IMG/VR virus record: IMGVR_UViG_3300030109_002585
Length of the DNA: 64,000 nucleotides
From: an uncultured virus (IMG/VR IMGVR_UViG_3300030109_002585)
Lineage: Duplodnaviria > Heunggongvirae > Uroviricota > Caudoviricetes
Reading direction: 5' to 3' (one strand)
Below, one piece after another: positions 21,067 to 30,999 of the stretch. The notes under the pieces were generated by a model that searched no databases, was not told the DNA's origin, and worked only from the letters and a program-made list of their open reading frames with translations. The position numbers and the translations under genes are program-made. Positions within the stretch are counted from its first letter, which is position 1. The number at the start of each line of letters is the position of its first letter.

Positions 21067-22114
21067 CTAAATAATCTGGATAACGCCAGCACTTACCAAC
21101 ACAGTAACCTTCACTAATTAACTTATTACAGAAAGGAGTTTTATAATTACCAAATACTGTAAACTTAGCATGTTTTCTAGTTGTGTGTTCATCCCAATCT
21201 AACCATACTTCATCGTTAGATTCAACCAATTGTTTTATTTCTTTTACAATTAAGTCTAATACTTCTTGTTTTTCTTTTAATGAATTTAAAGGTCGCCTTC
21301 CTGTTAACAAGTCTCTATACCAAGAAACTAAGTATGCTCTAGCAATATGTGAAGGATTCTCCGTCATGATAGCATTGTGTAAACAAGGTAATATTGGGAG
21401 TTTTCCTGTATATTTTGGGACAGAAATTTCACCTTCAACGGCTTCGATAGGGGGTACATCAGGAAAAGTTACCTCGATATTGCCACCCATTTCAAAGCGT
21501 AAATGCCTTGGTTTGGTTGCTAACTCTAGTATAGAATCTAAACTATGGCTAAGGTCTTCCTTCTGTAATGGGATGCAGTATAGTGGATTGCCATAATAAT
21601 TAGAGGACATATTCACGGTATTGGGTACTCTTCTCAATCTAGTGGTTTGACCTACTCTATCATCAAGCGTCATTTTACCAGCAACATTCGCTCTCATGTA
21701 TGCTTTAATATCTCTAAAGAAGGTTTGAATACTTCTGATACTTTCGGCAGGTTTACCGAATAAAAACAAATGGAATCCTCTTCCAGAAAAGAACATGGTG
21801 TATCTCCAATCTCTTTCTAAAACCCTTTGCATTACCATTTTTAAATCCCTCCATGCGTATTCTAAATCATTATCATGTCCGTCAAAATCTAAAAATATTC
21901 TATCTAGTATTACTGATGAATCTATTTTTGCTGTCTCTGAAAAATGTTCAAAGTCATACACCGTTGTATAAACATTTGTCCTATTATTTTGAGCGTTAAC
22001 AAACTTAGCATATTCATTCCTCGATGAGACTACTTTTCGTTTCATTTGTGGTGCGTTCTTTATGTGGCTCCCCGCCCATACTTCCCTCGGATATTTCATT
22101 TTTATTTCCTCCAA
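21059..22114 (-). CDS. Archaeo-eukaryotic primase with a fused C-terminal Cys-cluster (PriL-CTD-like) domain
   Basis: FLDFD, FSGRGFH and RLRRVPNT motifs; C-terminal LPC...FCNK...YCVGKC. Confidence 0.85.
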   Translation of the reverse strand: MEEIKMKYPREVWAGSHIKNAPQMKRKVVSSRNEYAKFVNAQNNRTNVYTTVYDFEHFSETAKIDSSVILDRIFLDFDGHDNDLEYAWRDLKMVMQRVLERDWRYTMFFSGRGFHLFLFGKPAESIRSIQTFFRDIKAYMRANVAGKMTLDDRVGQTTRLRRVPNTVNMSSNYYGNPLYCIPLQKEDLSHSLDSILELATKPRHLRFEMGGNIEVTFPDVPPIEAVEGEISVPKYTGKLPILPCLHNAIMTENPSHIARAYLVSWYRDLLTGRRPLNSLKEKQEVLDLIVKEIKQLVESNDEVWLDWDEHTTRKHAKFTVFGNYKTPFCNKLISEGYCVGKCWRYPDYLGE

Positions 22115-22388
22115 AATTTACTGTTGCTGAATCCAACATATTACTTATTACACCAGCAATTTCGCCAGATAGTTTTGTATTTATTGCTTTTCTCATTATA
22201 TCTTCAAAGGTATGTCCTACATAACTTTCATTAATCCTTACATCTCTAACTAAGGCAAATCTTTCACCTAGTTTAGATTCAGAATAAATCTCATTACAGA
22301 GTAAGTTAATAGTTTGTTTTAGATTAGATATTTCCGTAAAAGTCCAATCTCTAGCCAGTACCTTTTGTTTAATTATATCGTCATTCAT
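22014..22388 (-). CDS. Hypothetical protein
   Basis: ORF in the operon; likely start MNDDIIK. Confidence 0.5.
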   Translation of the reverse strand: MNDDIIKQKVLARDWTFTEISNLKQTINLLCNEIYSESKLGERFALVRDVRINESYVGHTFEDIMRKAINTKLSGEIAGVISNMLDSATVNFGGNKNEISEGSMGGEPHKERTTNETKSSLIEE

Positions 22389-22517
22389 AGATGATTCCCC
22401 CTCATTCTTTCCGGTATAACTTTTAACCAATTACAAGTATCACAAGCATATCCGCCTTGACTTAGATAATGACCGTAGCCTTCTATTTCTTCTTTACATA
22501 ATTTACATTTCATTTAA

Positions 22518-23423
22518 TCACACCCATGTATCTTCTTGTGCCGCATCGCATATTCCAAAGAAGGAACAGAATGAGCAAGTTTTGTAAAAGAATTTAGCAG
22601 GGAAATGACTATTCTCATAAGACCAAATTAAATGTGCTATATGATTCATTACAGAAGTCATTGTTCTCTTTGCAACTTTTTGCGAAAAGGCATAATTAGA
22701 AACAGGATAGTACCAACCCCAATGAGTTACCTCCTTTTCGGGGTCTAATCCGTTCTTAATCAATACTTCATCAGGAGAGTTTTCAATCAAAAGTTGATAA
22801 AACGCCATTTCTTTACGCATCATAGTTTTCTTGTAGTCTTTCCACGGCCCAGTTTTATATTCAAAAGGAAGATAACTACCATCCACTTCAAAGATACGGT
22901 CAATAATTCCTTGAATGTGTATTACATAATCTCTTCTTAGAGGATATTTAGGGTTAGTGTCTTTACTAATAGTTATATTAGCATCAAATTGTCCTTCATT
23001 ACAAACAGGCAAGTATTCATCTAACTTACCTTCTGCCCTTGCTTCAAGGAAACGCTCTGCCTCAAATGCCGATTGTGTGATTGATATGTCTAAGTAATCA
23101 TCAATAGGATGAAGGCTTTGACAGTATTCATGTACTTCTTCGGCATTCATTGATTCTGCTTTCTTGACATCAAAATCATTAAAAAAGTTCTCTCTTGATG
23201 TATGACAGATTGTTCCCTTCAACATAGCGTCTGTTTGGTCTTGAGGCAAACGCTGAATATAAGAAAAATCGTACTTTTTATTACACCATTGAAATGAACC
23301 CAACGAAGATTTCGTTATTTTTAGTATAGGTTTACTAGGGTCATCATAATTTTCGGGCTTCCAGTCATAAGTAAAATCTTGCATAGAAGAAATTACCGCA
23401 TTATATTTTTCATCGTTATTCAT
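22518..23423 (-). CDS. Cas4-like PD-(D/E)XK exonuclease
   Basis: GIIDRI...EYKTG; one N-terminal Cys plus C-terminal CSFCSFFGIC. Confidence 0.85.
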   Translation of the reverse strand: MNNDEKYNAVISSMQDFTYDWKPENYDDPSKPILKITKSSLGSFQWCNKKYDFSYIQRLPQDQTDAMLKGTICHTSRENFFNDFDVKKAESMNAEEVHEYCQSLHPIDDYLDISITQSAFEAERFLEARAEGKLDEYLPVCNEGQFDANITISKDTNPKYPLRRDYVIHIQGIIDRIFEVDGSYLPFEYKTGPWKDYKKTMMRKEMAFYQLLIENSPDEVLIKNGLDPEKEVTHWGWYYPVSNYAFSQKVAKRTMTSVMNHIAHLIWSYENSHFPAKFFYKTCSFCSFFGICDAAQEDTWV

Positions 23424-23424
23424 A

Positions 23425-24306
23425 TTACCACCAATCGTCTAATTTTTTCTGTATTTTACCGGTTCTTATGCTTGATATATCCCAATCCATAGCCTTGTAA
23501 ATAGGTTCTGCCTTTCTTACTACCTCTTGGGCGTAGTGGTCCCAATCAATTAGATAGCCGTCGAAGTCTGCATAGGTTGTTCCTGAAACATATTCGACTT
23601 GTTTCATTTCGTGTGTTAATGGATTTCTAAAAGAATCATTCACATGTTTTACTTTTACAAATAAGTAAGAGTCATCAAACTCCATATTCTTCTTTTGCCA
23701 TCCATATAAGATACCTGCAATACCTGAACCAAAGGTAGGTTTCTTACCTTCTAGAGTTGTAAAGTATTTACTATCTTTACCACATTTACCACACCATTTG
23801 AAGTTTTCTCTTATAGAGTATTTAGTCTTACATTCGGGACATTTTACAGTAAACCTGTTAGCCCTTAGTCTGCTTCTTTTAATGACTTCACTAGGTTCTA
23901 GTTTACCTTCTCTGACATTACAATAGATAGAATGCAGATATTTATTTATCTCATGAAGAGAACATTGATTCACCCACATAGTTAGCACTTCTGTTTGTAC
24001 TGATTTTGCAAGTTTAGTTTCGCTTACTCTTTTAGCAGTAAAGCCGGTCATAGTAAACTTAGGTTTATCTAACCATTCTCCATCCTCCCAAGATACTAAA
24101 CCAGCATTTCTATTCTTAGTGGTTCCAACACCCAATGCTGAAAAATACTTTTCAAACTCTAATTGAACGGGGTGTTCGTCTAACCCCATAACATTAGGAA
24201 AGTGTTCTCTGACAGATGCTTCTATTTCTTTAATAGCAATTTCAGCAGTTTCCACTGAATCTATTTGAACATAGATTGAATCTGTATGTCCGTAAACTAC
24301 TTTCAT
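23425..24306 (-). CDS. polB: DNA polymerase family B, C-terminal half (split gene)
   Basis: Starts MKVVYGHTDS (a YGDTDS variant); LEFEK, KNR and GF..KR motifs; inserted CPEC/CGKC Zn finger. Confidence 0.9.
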   Translation of the reverse strand: MKVVYGHTDSIYVQIDSVETAEIAIKEIEASVREHFPNVMGLDEHPVQLEFEKYFSALGVGTTKNRNAGLVSWEDGEWLDKPKFTMTGFTAKRVSETKLAKSVQTEVLTMWVNQCSLHEINKYLHSIYCNVREGKLEPSEVIKRSRLRANRFTVKCPECKTKYSIRENFKWCGKCGKDSKYFTTLEGKKPTFGSGIAGILYGWQKKNMEFDDSYLFVKVKHVNDSFRNPLTHEMKQVEYVSGTTYADFDGYLIDWDHYAQEVVRKAEPIYKAMDWDISSIRTGKIQKKLDDWW

Positions 24307-24311
24307 AAATA

Positions 24312-24527
24312 TCACTCCAATGGGTGTTCTATATTTTTATCTCCAAGAGTCCACTTTAAGGCTTTGATTACTCCTTCCAATGCCTTGTAGTTTCTCATGT
24401 GATATATGCGGTCTTTCTTATTAGGACTCTGCATTTTAGTATAGTGCATGTTTTGTTTTCTTTCTGCCTTTTCAAGCATAGCGTGTATATCAGCCCAAGA
24501 CCTATCATAAGTAAAGGGCATAATCAC
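24312..24527 (-). CDS. Hypothetical protein
   Basis: 71-aa ORF between the PolB halves. Confidence 0.55.
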   Translation of the reverse strand: MIMPFTYDRSWADIHAMLEKAERKQNMHYTKMQSPNKKDRIYHMRNYKALEGVIKALKWTLGDKNIEHPLE

Positions 24528-24805
24528 ACCTTCAATTTAGCAAGTATTCTTTCTTCTATCTTATCAGATATAGTCTGATGGTTAATAGTCCAAGCATCAA
24601 TCTCGTTGATTCTAAGAGTGTCTGTTATATCAGAAGATGCTCCCCGTTGTTCTTCTAGTTCAAATAACTTATTACTTAACTCTTCTATTTCATTTTCTAA
24701 AGAGGTAATAGTTTCCATTACAGATTCTAATTTCCCAATTAGACTGTTTGTTCTTTCTGATAAGGCTTCGTTTTCCATTGTTAATCTTTTTATTTCTTCA
24801 TTCAT
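24524..24805 (-). CDS. Coiled-coil hypothetical protein
   Basis: Heptad-rich 93-aa ORF. Confidence 0.55.
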   Translation of the reverse strand: MNEEIKRLTMENEALSERTNSLIGKLESVMETITSLENEIEELSNKLFELEEQRGASSDITDTLRINEIDAWTINHQTISDKIEERILAKLKV

Positions 24806-25073
24806 AATATCACCGTCACTATTGTTATAATGGTTGCTATGTTTACGATATTTACCATCATCAATATCTTGTTACTCTTTGCTATCATAGCCAGCAATTC
24901 TTCTAATAACTCATTCGTTTTGTCCATCATCATTGATATTCGCTCCTTGCTCTATATCTTGAATGATAGCATTACGCTTCAAGTTATTCATCATTTGAAA
25001 TAGTTCCTTTATTTCTTGTAAAGTAATATCCCAAGTCTCTTCTGTATCATACGATACTTTAACTGTTACATAT

Positions 25074-25292
25074 TTAGTTTTCATTCCTTTCCCTCTTTTT
25101 GTAAATGAACCTATCTTTTTTCTTTCCTATTACATCACAATGCCTTCGTAAAAATTGACCTATTGATGTCGAGGAAACTGTATATTTAGTTCCATGTTTT
25201 TCAATCAATTTTTCTCTAATTGTAAGTGCTGAAAAGGTACTATCCATTTCGTCTATTATTTTAAATGTCCATCTTTCACAATGCTTATTCAT
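25074..25292 (-). CDS. Small winged-helix-like protein
   Basis: Likely start MNKHCERW; FSALTIREKL...SIGQFLRR pattern. Confidence 0.45.
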   Translation of the reverse strand: MNKHCERWTFKIIDEMDSTFSALTIREKLIEKHGTKYTVSSTSIGQFLRRHCDVIGKKKDRFIYKKRERNEN

Positions 25293-25293
25293 T

Positions 25294-25431
25294 TTAAAAA
25301 CTCTCCTTATGATTACATTTATCACAAACCATTGTTGCCTTTGCTTTAGTAAAATAGAGGTTATGTTTCTTTTTGATTGGAACATATTCTGTTATTTTCA
25401 ATACTCCATCTTCACATACAGGACATTTCAT
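25294..25431 (-). CDS. Small Zn-ribbon protein (45 aa)
   Basis: Read manually: MKCPVCEDG...MVCDKCNHKESF; coupled to the HNH stop codon through an ATGA overlap. Confidence 0.6.
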   Translation of the reverse strand: MKCPVCEDGVLKITEYVPIKKKHNLYFTKAKATMVCDKCNHKESF

Positions 25432-26119
25432 ACTTCCATCTCCTTTGCTTTGTAAAAATAATGATTCTTTCTCATATTTTCTGTGTCTTTAAGTGGCTGT
25501 AAGTTTTCTAAGGCCCAACACTTCTTGAAATCTTCATCCTCCATAGATGTAAAATTAAAAGAGGCCACTGGCTTAATGTGGTCTATGTGCCAAAGGCCGT
25601 GATTATTCCAATTCATCCAATCATCAAATTGGTTTTCTAAATGGGTTCTTAATTCATCCATAGTAAAATCTAACCCATTAAGATACTTACTTTTGCGAAT
25701 ACGGATTTTAGGTTTTAGTCCTTTTCTTACTGCATCTTGCACTGCCATATTAAGTTTGTTTTTAGGTTGTTTGTGCCAATTACTAAATGAGCATTTTCTT
25801 GAACAGAAAGTGATGTGTTTAGCCCTTGTTGTTGGGGTGAAGTGTTCTTTACATTCCTTGCATTGAATATCTATCTTAGGTGGTCGCCTTGTTTCACGCC
25901 ATTTCTTTTTGCGTTCCGTAATATATTTCCTATGCTTCTTTTGATATTCAGATTTCTTTATAGCGAGAGCCTCTGCATTTTCCTTTCTCCATTGTTTAGA
26001 GTATTCTGCTCGCTTCGCTTTCCTACATTCTTCACTACAAGTAACATGACTAGAGCGATAGGCTTCAAACTCCTTATTACAAACCACGCATTCTTTCATA
26101 CTTCCATCTCCTTTGCTTT
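25426..26119 (-). mobile_element. HNH insertion bounded by a 26-bp direct repeat
   Basis: tttcatacttccatctcctttgcttt at 25426-25451 and 26094-26119. Confidence 0.7.
25428..26099 (-). CDS. HNH homing endonuclease-like protein with N-terminal Zn fingers
   Basis: WHIDHIKP...NLQPL...N HNH core; two CxxC/CSxxC fingers. Confidence 0.85.
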   Translation of the reverse strand: MKECVVCNKEFEAYRSSHVTCSEECRKAKRAEYSKQWRKENAEALAIKKSEYQKKHRKYITERKKKWRETRRPPKIDIQCKECKEHFTPTTRAKHITFCSRKCSFSNWHKQPKNKLNMAVQDAVRKGLKPKIRIRKSKYLNGLDFTMDELRTHLENQFDDWMNWNNHGLWHIDHIKPVASFNFTSMEDEDFKKCWALENLQPLKDTENMRKNHYFYKAKEMEV

Positions 26120-27757
26120 AAATGCCGCTAATCTAATTGCTTCTCTCGCACTTGCTGTTATACTTGCGGCTAAATCAACATCAGCCCAAGCAAAACCTGT
26201 ATATCCAATGATACCATAAAAGGAAGCCATTAATCTTTTGACAGCCATTTGATTGTTATACCACTTAACATATTCACTTTCATTGTTGGACTCTCTTGCT
26301 TCACGCATGAGCCGCTTATATTCGTTACGGAGTGCCTTTAACTCCAAGACTGATTTAGGCAATAAACCCAATTCATCCGTCTTATAATAAAGCATATCAA
26401 CTTCTGTGACTTCGCTGAAATCTCTAGGTGTTAGAATGTTAACTCCAAACTCCGTAGGTTCAGATGATTTAGTTTCAAATGAAATATTCCGTGCAATCAT
26501 CATAGCAGGGTACAAACCTGCATAATCAAATGCCGCTACATTGACATGCAATCCGTTAGTATTCTCACTCAATGGGTCATATATCATAGCCCCTTTGTAT
26601 GATTTCTTTTCTGCTTTCTTATTGCCTGTTGGTGCTTTCCACTTAGCATTACGCATAAAGTAAATAGAACCCATATGGCTTGCATAGAAACAAGCATCAA
26701 ATGGTGCTTTCAATAATCTTTGAAGTGAAAGTATTGCTTCACTACAATAATTAGTTTCATCTATTTCAACAATCAATTCAACATCTTTTAGAGCATACTG
26801 TAAATAAGTTTCAGTATCTTCTAGCCAAGCCCTACGGTAAAACTCGTTTGGGTCGGGAAACTTCTCTGAAACTAACTTCTTCTTGTTAAGTAAAGATTCA
26901 GATACATAGTCCAAAGATAGAGAAGGTAATGTACCTCTTTGTGAATCATTCCATTGTCTTTCAAAAGCAAGGTCTAATGAGAGGGTAATGCGGCCTCCTA
27001 TCGGCTGTTCTATCGGTGAGAACCCATTCTCACCTTTAGTAAACTTAAAGCCGTTCTTGGCCTTCTTTAGCCCATCCACTCGATTAATCGGTGACATTCT
27101 CTTAGGGTTAATTCCTAATTCACAACATCTTTCTAAGAGTTTAGGTATATCCGCAAAGTGACCAAACCATGCAATTAACATATCAGGGTCTTTGTCTATC
27201 ATAGTATTAATGAAGTGTTCAAGCATATCTCTTTCAGAATTAAAAGCATACATTTGTTTATATTGTAAAGTGGAGAATCCATTAGATTTTCCATTAGGAA
27301 ACCATACCCATTGGTAATATTCTTCGTCATAGTTATCATACATTACAATAGTAGTAATCATGTCGTGATATTCTCCACCTTGTTGCCATTCCATATCCCA
27401 ATACCATTTACGCATTTTGTATTCTGGCATTTCTGAAATAGTATCAACAGCGTATCTAAATGTATAAGGTACATCTGCTTCATATGTTTTCTTAAACTTC
27501 TTTCTAGAAGAGAATGTATCAAATGAGTTATCGACATATACTTTCTTTAGTTTCTCTCCGTCTAGGTTTGTCCATTCACCGTGTTCATATTCAAACTCTC
27601 TTTCTAGATACCTAGAAGGAGCATATGTACGATGTTCAGTTTCATTTTCATTAACGAAGAAATAAGGTTTGAATGCTTCTAATGCAAACTTCTTTTCACC
27701 ATTTTCTCTCCAAGATTTATACACATGCTTACCATCTGAACATCTGCTAATTATCAT
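26096..27757 (-). CDS. polB: DNA polymerase family B, N-terminal half (exonuclease and palm/fingers)
   Basis: WDME ExoI, YALKD ExoIII, FDYAGLYPAMM region II and KRLMASFYG region III. Confidence 0.92.
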   Translation of the reverse strand: MIISRCSDGKHVYKSWRENGEKKFALEAFKPYFFVNENETEHRTYAPSRYLEREFEYEHGEWTNLDGEKLKKVYVDNSFDTFSSRKKFKKTYEADVPYTFRYAVDTISEMPEYKMRKWYWDMEWQQGGEYHDMITTIVMYDNYDEEYYQWVWFPNGKSNGFSTLQYKQMYAFNSERDMLEHFINTMIDKDPDMLIAWFGHFADIPKLLERCCELGINPKRMSPINRVDGLKKAKNGFKFTKGENGFSPIEQPIGGRITLSLDLAFERQWNDSQRGTLPSLSLDYVSESLLNKKKLVSEKFPDPNEFYRRAWLEDTETYLQYALKDVELIVEIDETNYCSEAILSLQRLLKAPFDACFYASHMGSIYFMRNAKWKAPTGNKKAEKKSYKGAMIYDPLSENTNGLHVNVAAFDYAGLYPAMMIARNISFETKSSEPTEFGVNILTPRDFSEVTEVDMLYYKTDELGLLPKSVLELKALRNEYKRLMREARESNNESEYVKWYNNQMAVKRLMASFYGIIGYTGFAWADVDLAASITASAREAIRLAAFKAKEMEV

Positions 27758-28561
27758 TCAGTCTCCCCTCGTATAAGGTGCTTTAACTGCCATCTTAGAA
27801 TGTCCCACAATTAATAGTGGAAACTCATCTCTAACATAGAAATTAACTAAGGGTTGGTCTTTGAAAAACTTATGAAGTGGCCCACTATATTGTAATGTAG
27901 CAGGTTCTCCAATACTGTGTATAGGAGTTAGTGTTTCACAAAAGGCGTTAGCCGTTCCATTCTCACTACTAAAAGATACACTACCTTCTCCACTATTGAT
28001 AAGATATACTCCACTCTTAACTAATTCACAACCACTGATTGCATCATTGAAAGATTCAGAAGTTAGTTGTATTGCGCCTTCAAACTTCTTTGAACCAAAG
28101 TCGTATAATTTTTCAGGTACAGGGTCAAACGATATGTCACTAATCATCTGTCTGATTCTTGTAATTGCATCAAAGTTGGGATGCTGAATAGCCGCAGGTA
28201 TTGATGCAGTTTTAGTACCAGCACTAATAGCCAAAAAGTCATTATAAGATACTGTAATTTCTCCGTCAAACTTCTTCAGATAAGGCACTATTGTTTCTGC
28301 ACTGCCTGTAAAAGAACCATTAGTATTTCCTGTAACTTCAATAGTCAAAGTAATACCGCAGGTTGAATCACCATTCCACAGCCTCAATACATTCCCTTCT
28401 AATTCCATAAAGACATAAGGGCTTAGTTTAGAATTAGAAAACCCTTTGTCTCCTAAGTACATTCCTTTACCTTGTATATCTTCTAAAGCCTTTGTTAATA
28501 ATTTTGATTCCACATTAAATATCAAACTTTTCCCTCCCTTAATTCGGGAATACCATTCCAA
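27758..28561 (-). CDS. PCNA/sliding clamp-like protein
   Basis: About 250 aa, two-domain alpha/beta pattern ending FPLLI...KAP; next to PolB and RFC. Confidence 0.55.
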   Translation of the reverse strand: MEWYSRIKGGKSLIFNVESKLLTKALEDIQGKGMYLGDKGFSNSKLSPYVFMELEGNVLRLWNGDSTCGITLTIEVTGNTNGSFTGSAETIVPYLKKFDGEITVSYNDFLAISAGTKTASIPAAIQHPNFDAITRIRQMISDISFDPVPEKLYDFGSKKFEGAIQLTSESFNDAISGCELVKSGVYLINSGEGSVSFSSENGTANAFCETLTPIHSIGEPATLQYSGPLHKFFKDQPLVNFYVRDEFPLLIVGHSKMAVKAPYTRGD

Positions 28562-29337
28562 ACGATATTAGGGGGAGTACCTTGTCTAACAGTCCAAGTC
28601 TTACCGACTAAGTTACCATTAGTGCGACTACCGACTAATTCAGCCAAGTAGTGTATCTCTCCCTTAATCTTCTTTCTTGAACAATGAATCTCTTGTTCTA
28701 ACTTACCGCCCCAATCTTTCCAATTAGCAATCATACCAATTGGAGTACCGTCGTGGTACTTTTCGGTTTCATGAGTTATGTAAACTATGTCACAATCTAA
28801 GAGATAGATTGAATCCAATAAGTGATAGAAGGTCTTGTTTCTAGCACCATATTGAAATGGCATAACCTTTGTAACTAAAGTAGGGTTAGGGTTAATCTTC
28901 AAGATACAAGAATCGAGCCAAGTATCAACGCCGTCAAGAACGAATACTGGTCTTTCTCCTTCTTCAATCTTAGACCTGACATACTTGATAAACATGTGAG
29001 AGTTTTCTTCACTTGTTTGTATATCAATAATGTTATCCTTATTCATTTCAATAGGACAATATACCTGTATTCTTTCTGTTGAGTCATGATGCTCACGCCA
29101 TGTTGATTCAACCCCCTTATCCCAATCTAAAACATAAATTGGTCTATCGGGGAAATCCAAAGCGATTCCTGTCTTTCCTGTTTTGGGATGACCCCAAACA
29201 CCTAACACTAATCTAGAATTAACTTGCTTTCTTTTATTAGCCATTAATTCTTGAAACTTGTTGTTAAACTGTTCCTGTTTCTTTCCAAAATCCATACTTG
29301 CTGTTCCTTGTTTACTAGTCAAACTCATTATCTTCAC
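28522..29337 (-). CDS. RecA-fold/AAA_24 (Sak4-like) ATPase
   Basis: GHPKTGKT Walker A; LDWDKG, VLDG and ITHE motifs. Confidence 0.7.
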   Translation of the reverse strand: MKIMSLTSKQGTASMDFGKKQEQFNNKFQELMANKRKQVNSRLVLGVWGHPKTGKTGIALDFPDRPIYVLDWDKGVESTWREHHDSTERIQVYCPIEMNKDNIIDIQTSEENSHMFIKYVRSKIEEGERPVFVLDGVDTWLDSCILKINPNPTLVTKVMPFQYGARNKTFYHLLDSIYLLDCDIVYITHETEKYHDGTPIGMIANWKDWGGKLEQEIHCSRKKIKGEIHYLAELVGSRTNGNLVGKTWTVRQGTPPNIVWNGIPELREGKV

Positions 29338-29578
29338 CTAATTCTTCTATTTTTATTTCTATTTTATTTCCGTGAACCCTAGTCCACTCTTCTATTATCA
29401 TTTTTAATTCTTCAAGTGAACATACATACCTTGCTTCTTTAGAACCTATGTGCATCTTTAGCCAATAAGTTCCATATTCGGTTGAGTTCTCTTTCCAAGT
29501 TAAGAAGTCCACATTGATTAAATCAATAATGTAACTTCCTCCCTTTAGTAAAAATCTATTTTCTATAATTCCATTCAT
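29315..29578 (-). CDS. Hypothetical protein
   Basis: 87-aa ORF with upstream RBS. Confidence 0.55.
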   Translation of the reverse strand: MNGIIENRFLLKGGSYIIDLINVDFLTWKENSTEYGTYWLKMHIGSKEARYVCSLEELKMIIEEWTRVHGNKIEIKIEELGEDNEFD

Positions 29579-29763
29579 CTTTATTCCTCTTAAATCTAAT
29601 TAGGGCTTTGCACCCATTTGAATGTCAATCTCTCCACAAGTCACATTTACCTTGCCTATATCCTAATCTCAGCATGAAATCTGTAATGTCGCCAACACAT
29701 CATACCCCCACAGTCTAACCATCTTACGACAATTCTAGGGAGAGATTAGACAGGAGTTTCACT

Positions 29764-30981
29764 TCAAAACCAATCGAAGTCTTCTTCAATTGGCTGATTT
29801 ACTTCAACAGGTGAACCTCTCTTATCGGTTACATAAATACCTGATACATTGATAGTTACCGGTTCCGGTCCTTCATCAGTAATTCTTTGTGATGTCCTAC
29901 CAATCACAATTACAGAAGAACCAATACCAAAGTCTAGTTCTAGATTAGATGGAATCCAACATGTTGTCATGTTAGTATCATTATCATAATCAAACTCTGC
30001 ATTCAAATCAGTAATGTTCAAGATACGATTACCATTCTTAGTAGGCATCATATTCATATTACAAACTGTTCCGTCAGTAATAACGAATCTGTCTGATGTA
30101 GGTAAAGTCTGTCTCTGAATGTGCGCTCTATCAATTTCAACAAGAGGAACCAAATGGCTACTAAAGTTATTTGCTAGACACTCTTGGAAATCAAATGTTT
30201 CCATATTCCTGTAATCGGAATTATCAGGATTTAATTCTGCATTTCTAATTAGACTTGCTTTAGTTGATTCAGTCATACCATATATGTTATTACCATCTTC
30301 GCTTGGAATAGCCCTAAAGTGAACAAAGTCATAGGTATCAGGAGTAAAGTCAACTCCACCTTGATTCTTGTATGAGAAGTTATACTTCTTCATTTCTCCA
30401 CCTTCAACGCTACCAAAGAATACTCCACTGCGTCTGAATTGTTCAAGAGGAAGTGGTTTTCCAAAGTTACGGTTTTCGCCGCCATTTTGGTATCTTTCTG
30501 TACTATCCAAAGGAATAATCCAAACTCCGTCTTCCATTTCTTCGGCAGTAGCAGGTCTTTCATCAACTTCCTTTTGTTGTAAATCGCCCTTAAAGTAGCG
30601 GGTGATTTGCCATTTACCCATAGCCGTTTCTTCAGCATTAGCGATAATACCCTCTGTTAGAGCATTGTCAGCATCTCTGCGATATTCGTCTTTGGCCTTA
30701 TTTCTATTCCAACTCATCATATCTCTTGGTTCTTCTAAAGAGACAAAGAAACCGAATACTGCCTTTACAAGAGAATTGCTTCCGCTTGTAGCATTATTAC
30801 TTGGTTTGTTAGCCCTGCGACTTTGTGCTACATAATTGCGCCATAGTCCCTTTGCTAACGGGTCGTTTGTCTCTATTCCGTTTTCTGAACAAATATCATT
30901 AAACTTAGCAATCGCATCTTCGACGCTCATATTGATATATTGTGCAGATTTCTCTATTTCATTTTTCATTTCTTCGTTCAT
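29764..30981 (-). CDS. Putative RPA-like ssDNA-binding protein
   Basis: C-terminal OB-fold-like strands and an acidic/aromatic tail (EEDFDWF); next to the recombinase-like ATPase. Confidence 0.55.
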   Translation of the reverse strand: MNEEMKNEIEKSAQYINMSVEDAIAKFNDICSENGIETNDPLAKGLWRNYVAQSRRANKPSNNATSGSNSLVKAVFGFFVSLEEPRDMMSWNRNKAKDEYRRDADNALTEGIIANAEETAMGKWQITRYFKGDLQQKEVDERPATAEEMEDGVWIIPLDSTERYQNGGENRNFGKPLPLEQFRRSGVFFGSVEGGEMKKYNFSYKNQGGVDFTPDTYDFVHFRAIPSEDGNNIYGMTESTKASLIRNAELNPDNSDYRNMETFDFQECLANNFSSHLVPLVEIDRAHIQRQTLPTSDRFVITDGTVCNMNMMPTKNGNRILNITDLNAEFDYDNDTNMTTCWIPSNLELDFGIGSSVIVIGRTSQRITDEGPEPVTINVSGIYVTDKRGSPVEVNQPIEEDFDWF

Positions 30982-30999
30982 AATTTTCCCTCATTTTTT

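Noticed and set aside
22518..23423. Cas4 as evidence of a CRISPR-Cas system
   Set aside because: It is a stand-alone Cas4-like nuclease in a replication module, common in archaeal viruses; no cas1/cas2 or array is present
24306..26096. Intein or self-splicing intron joining the PolB halves
   Set aside because: No Cys/Ser start or His-Asn end; the interval is packed with coupled ORFs; no group I/II intron core recognised; the C-half has its own RBS and ATG
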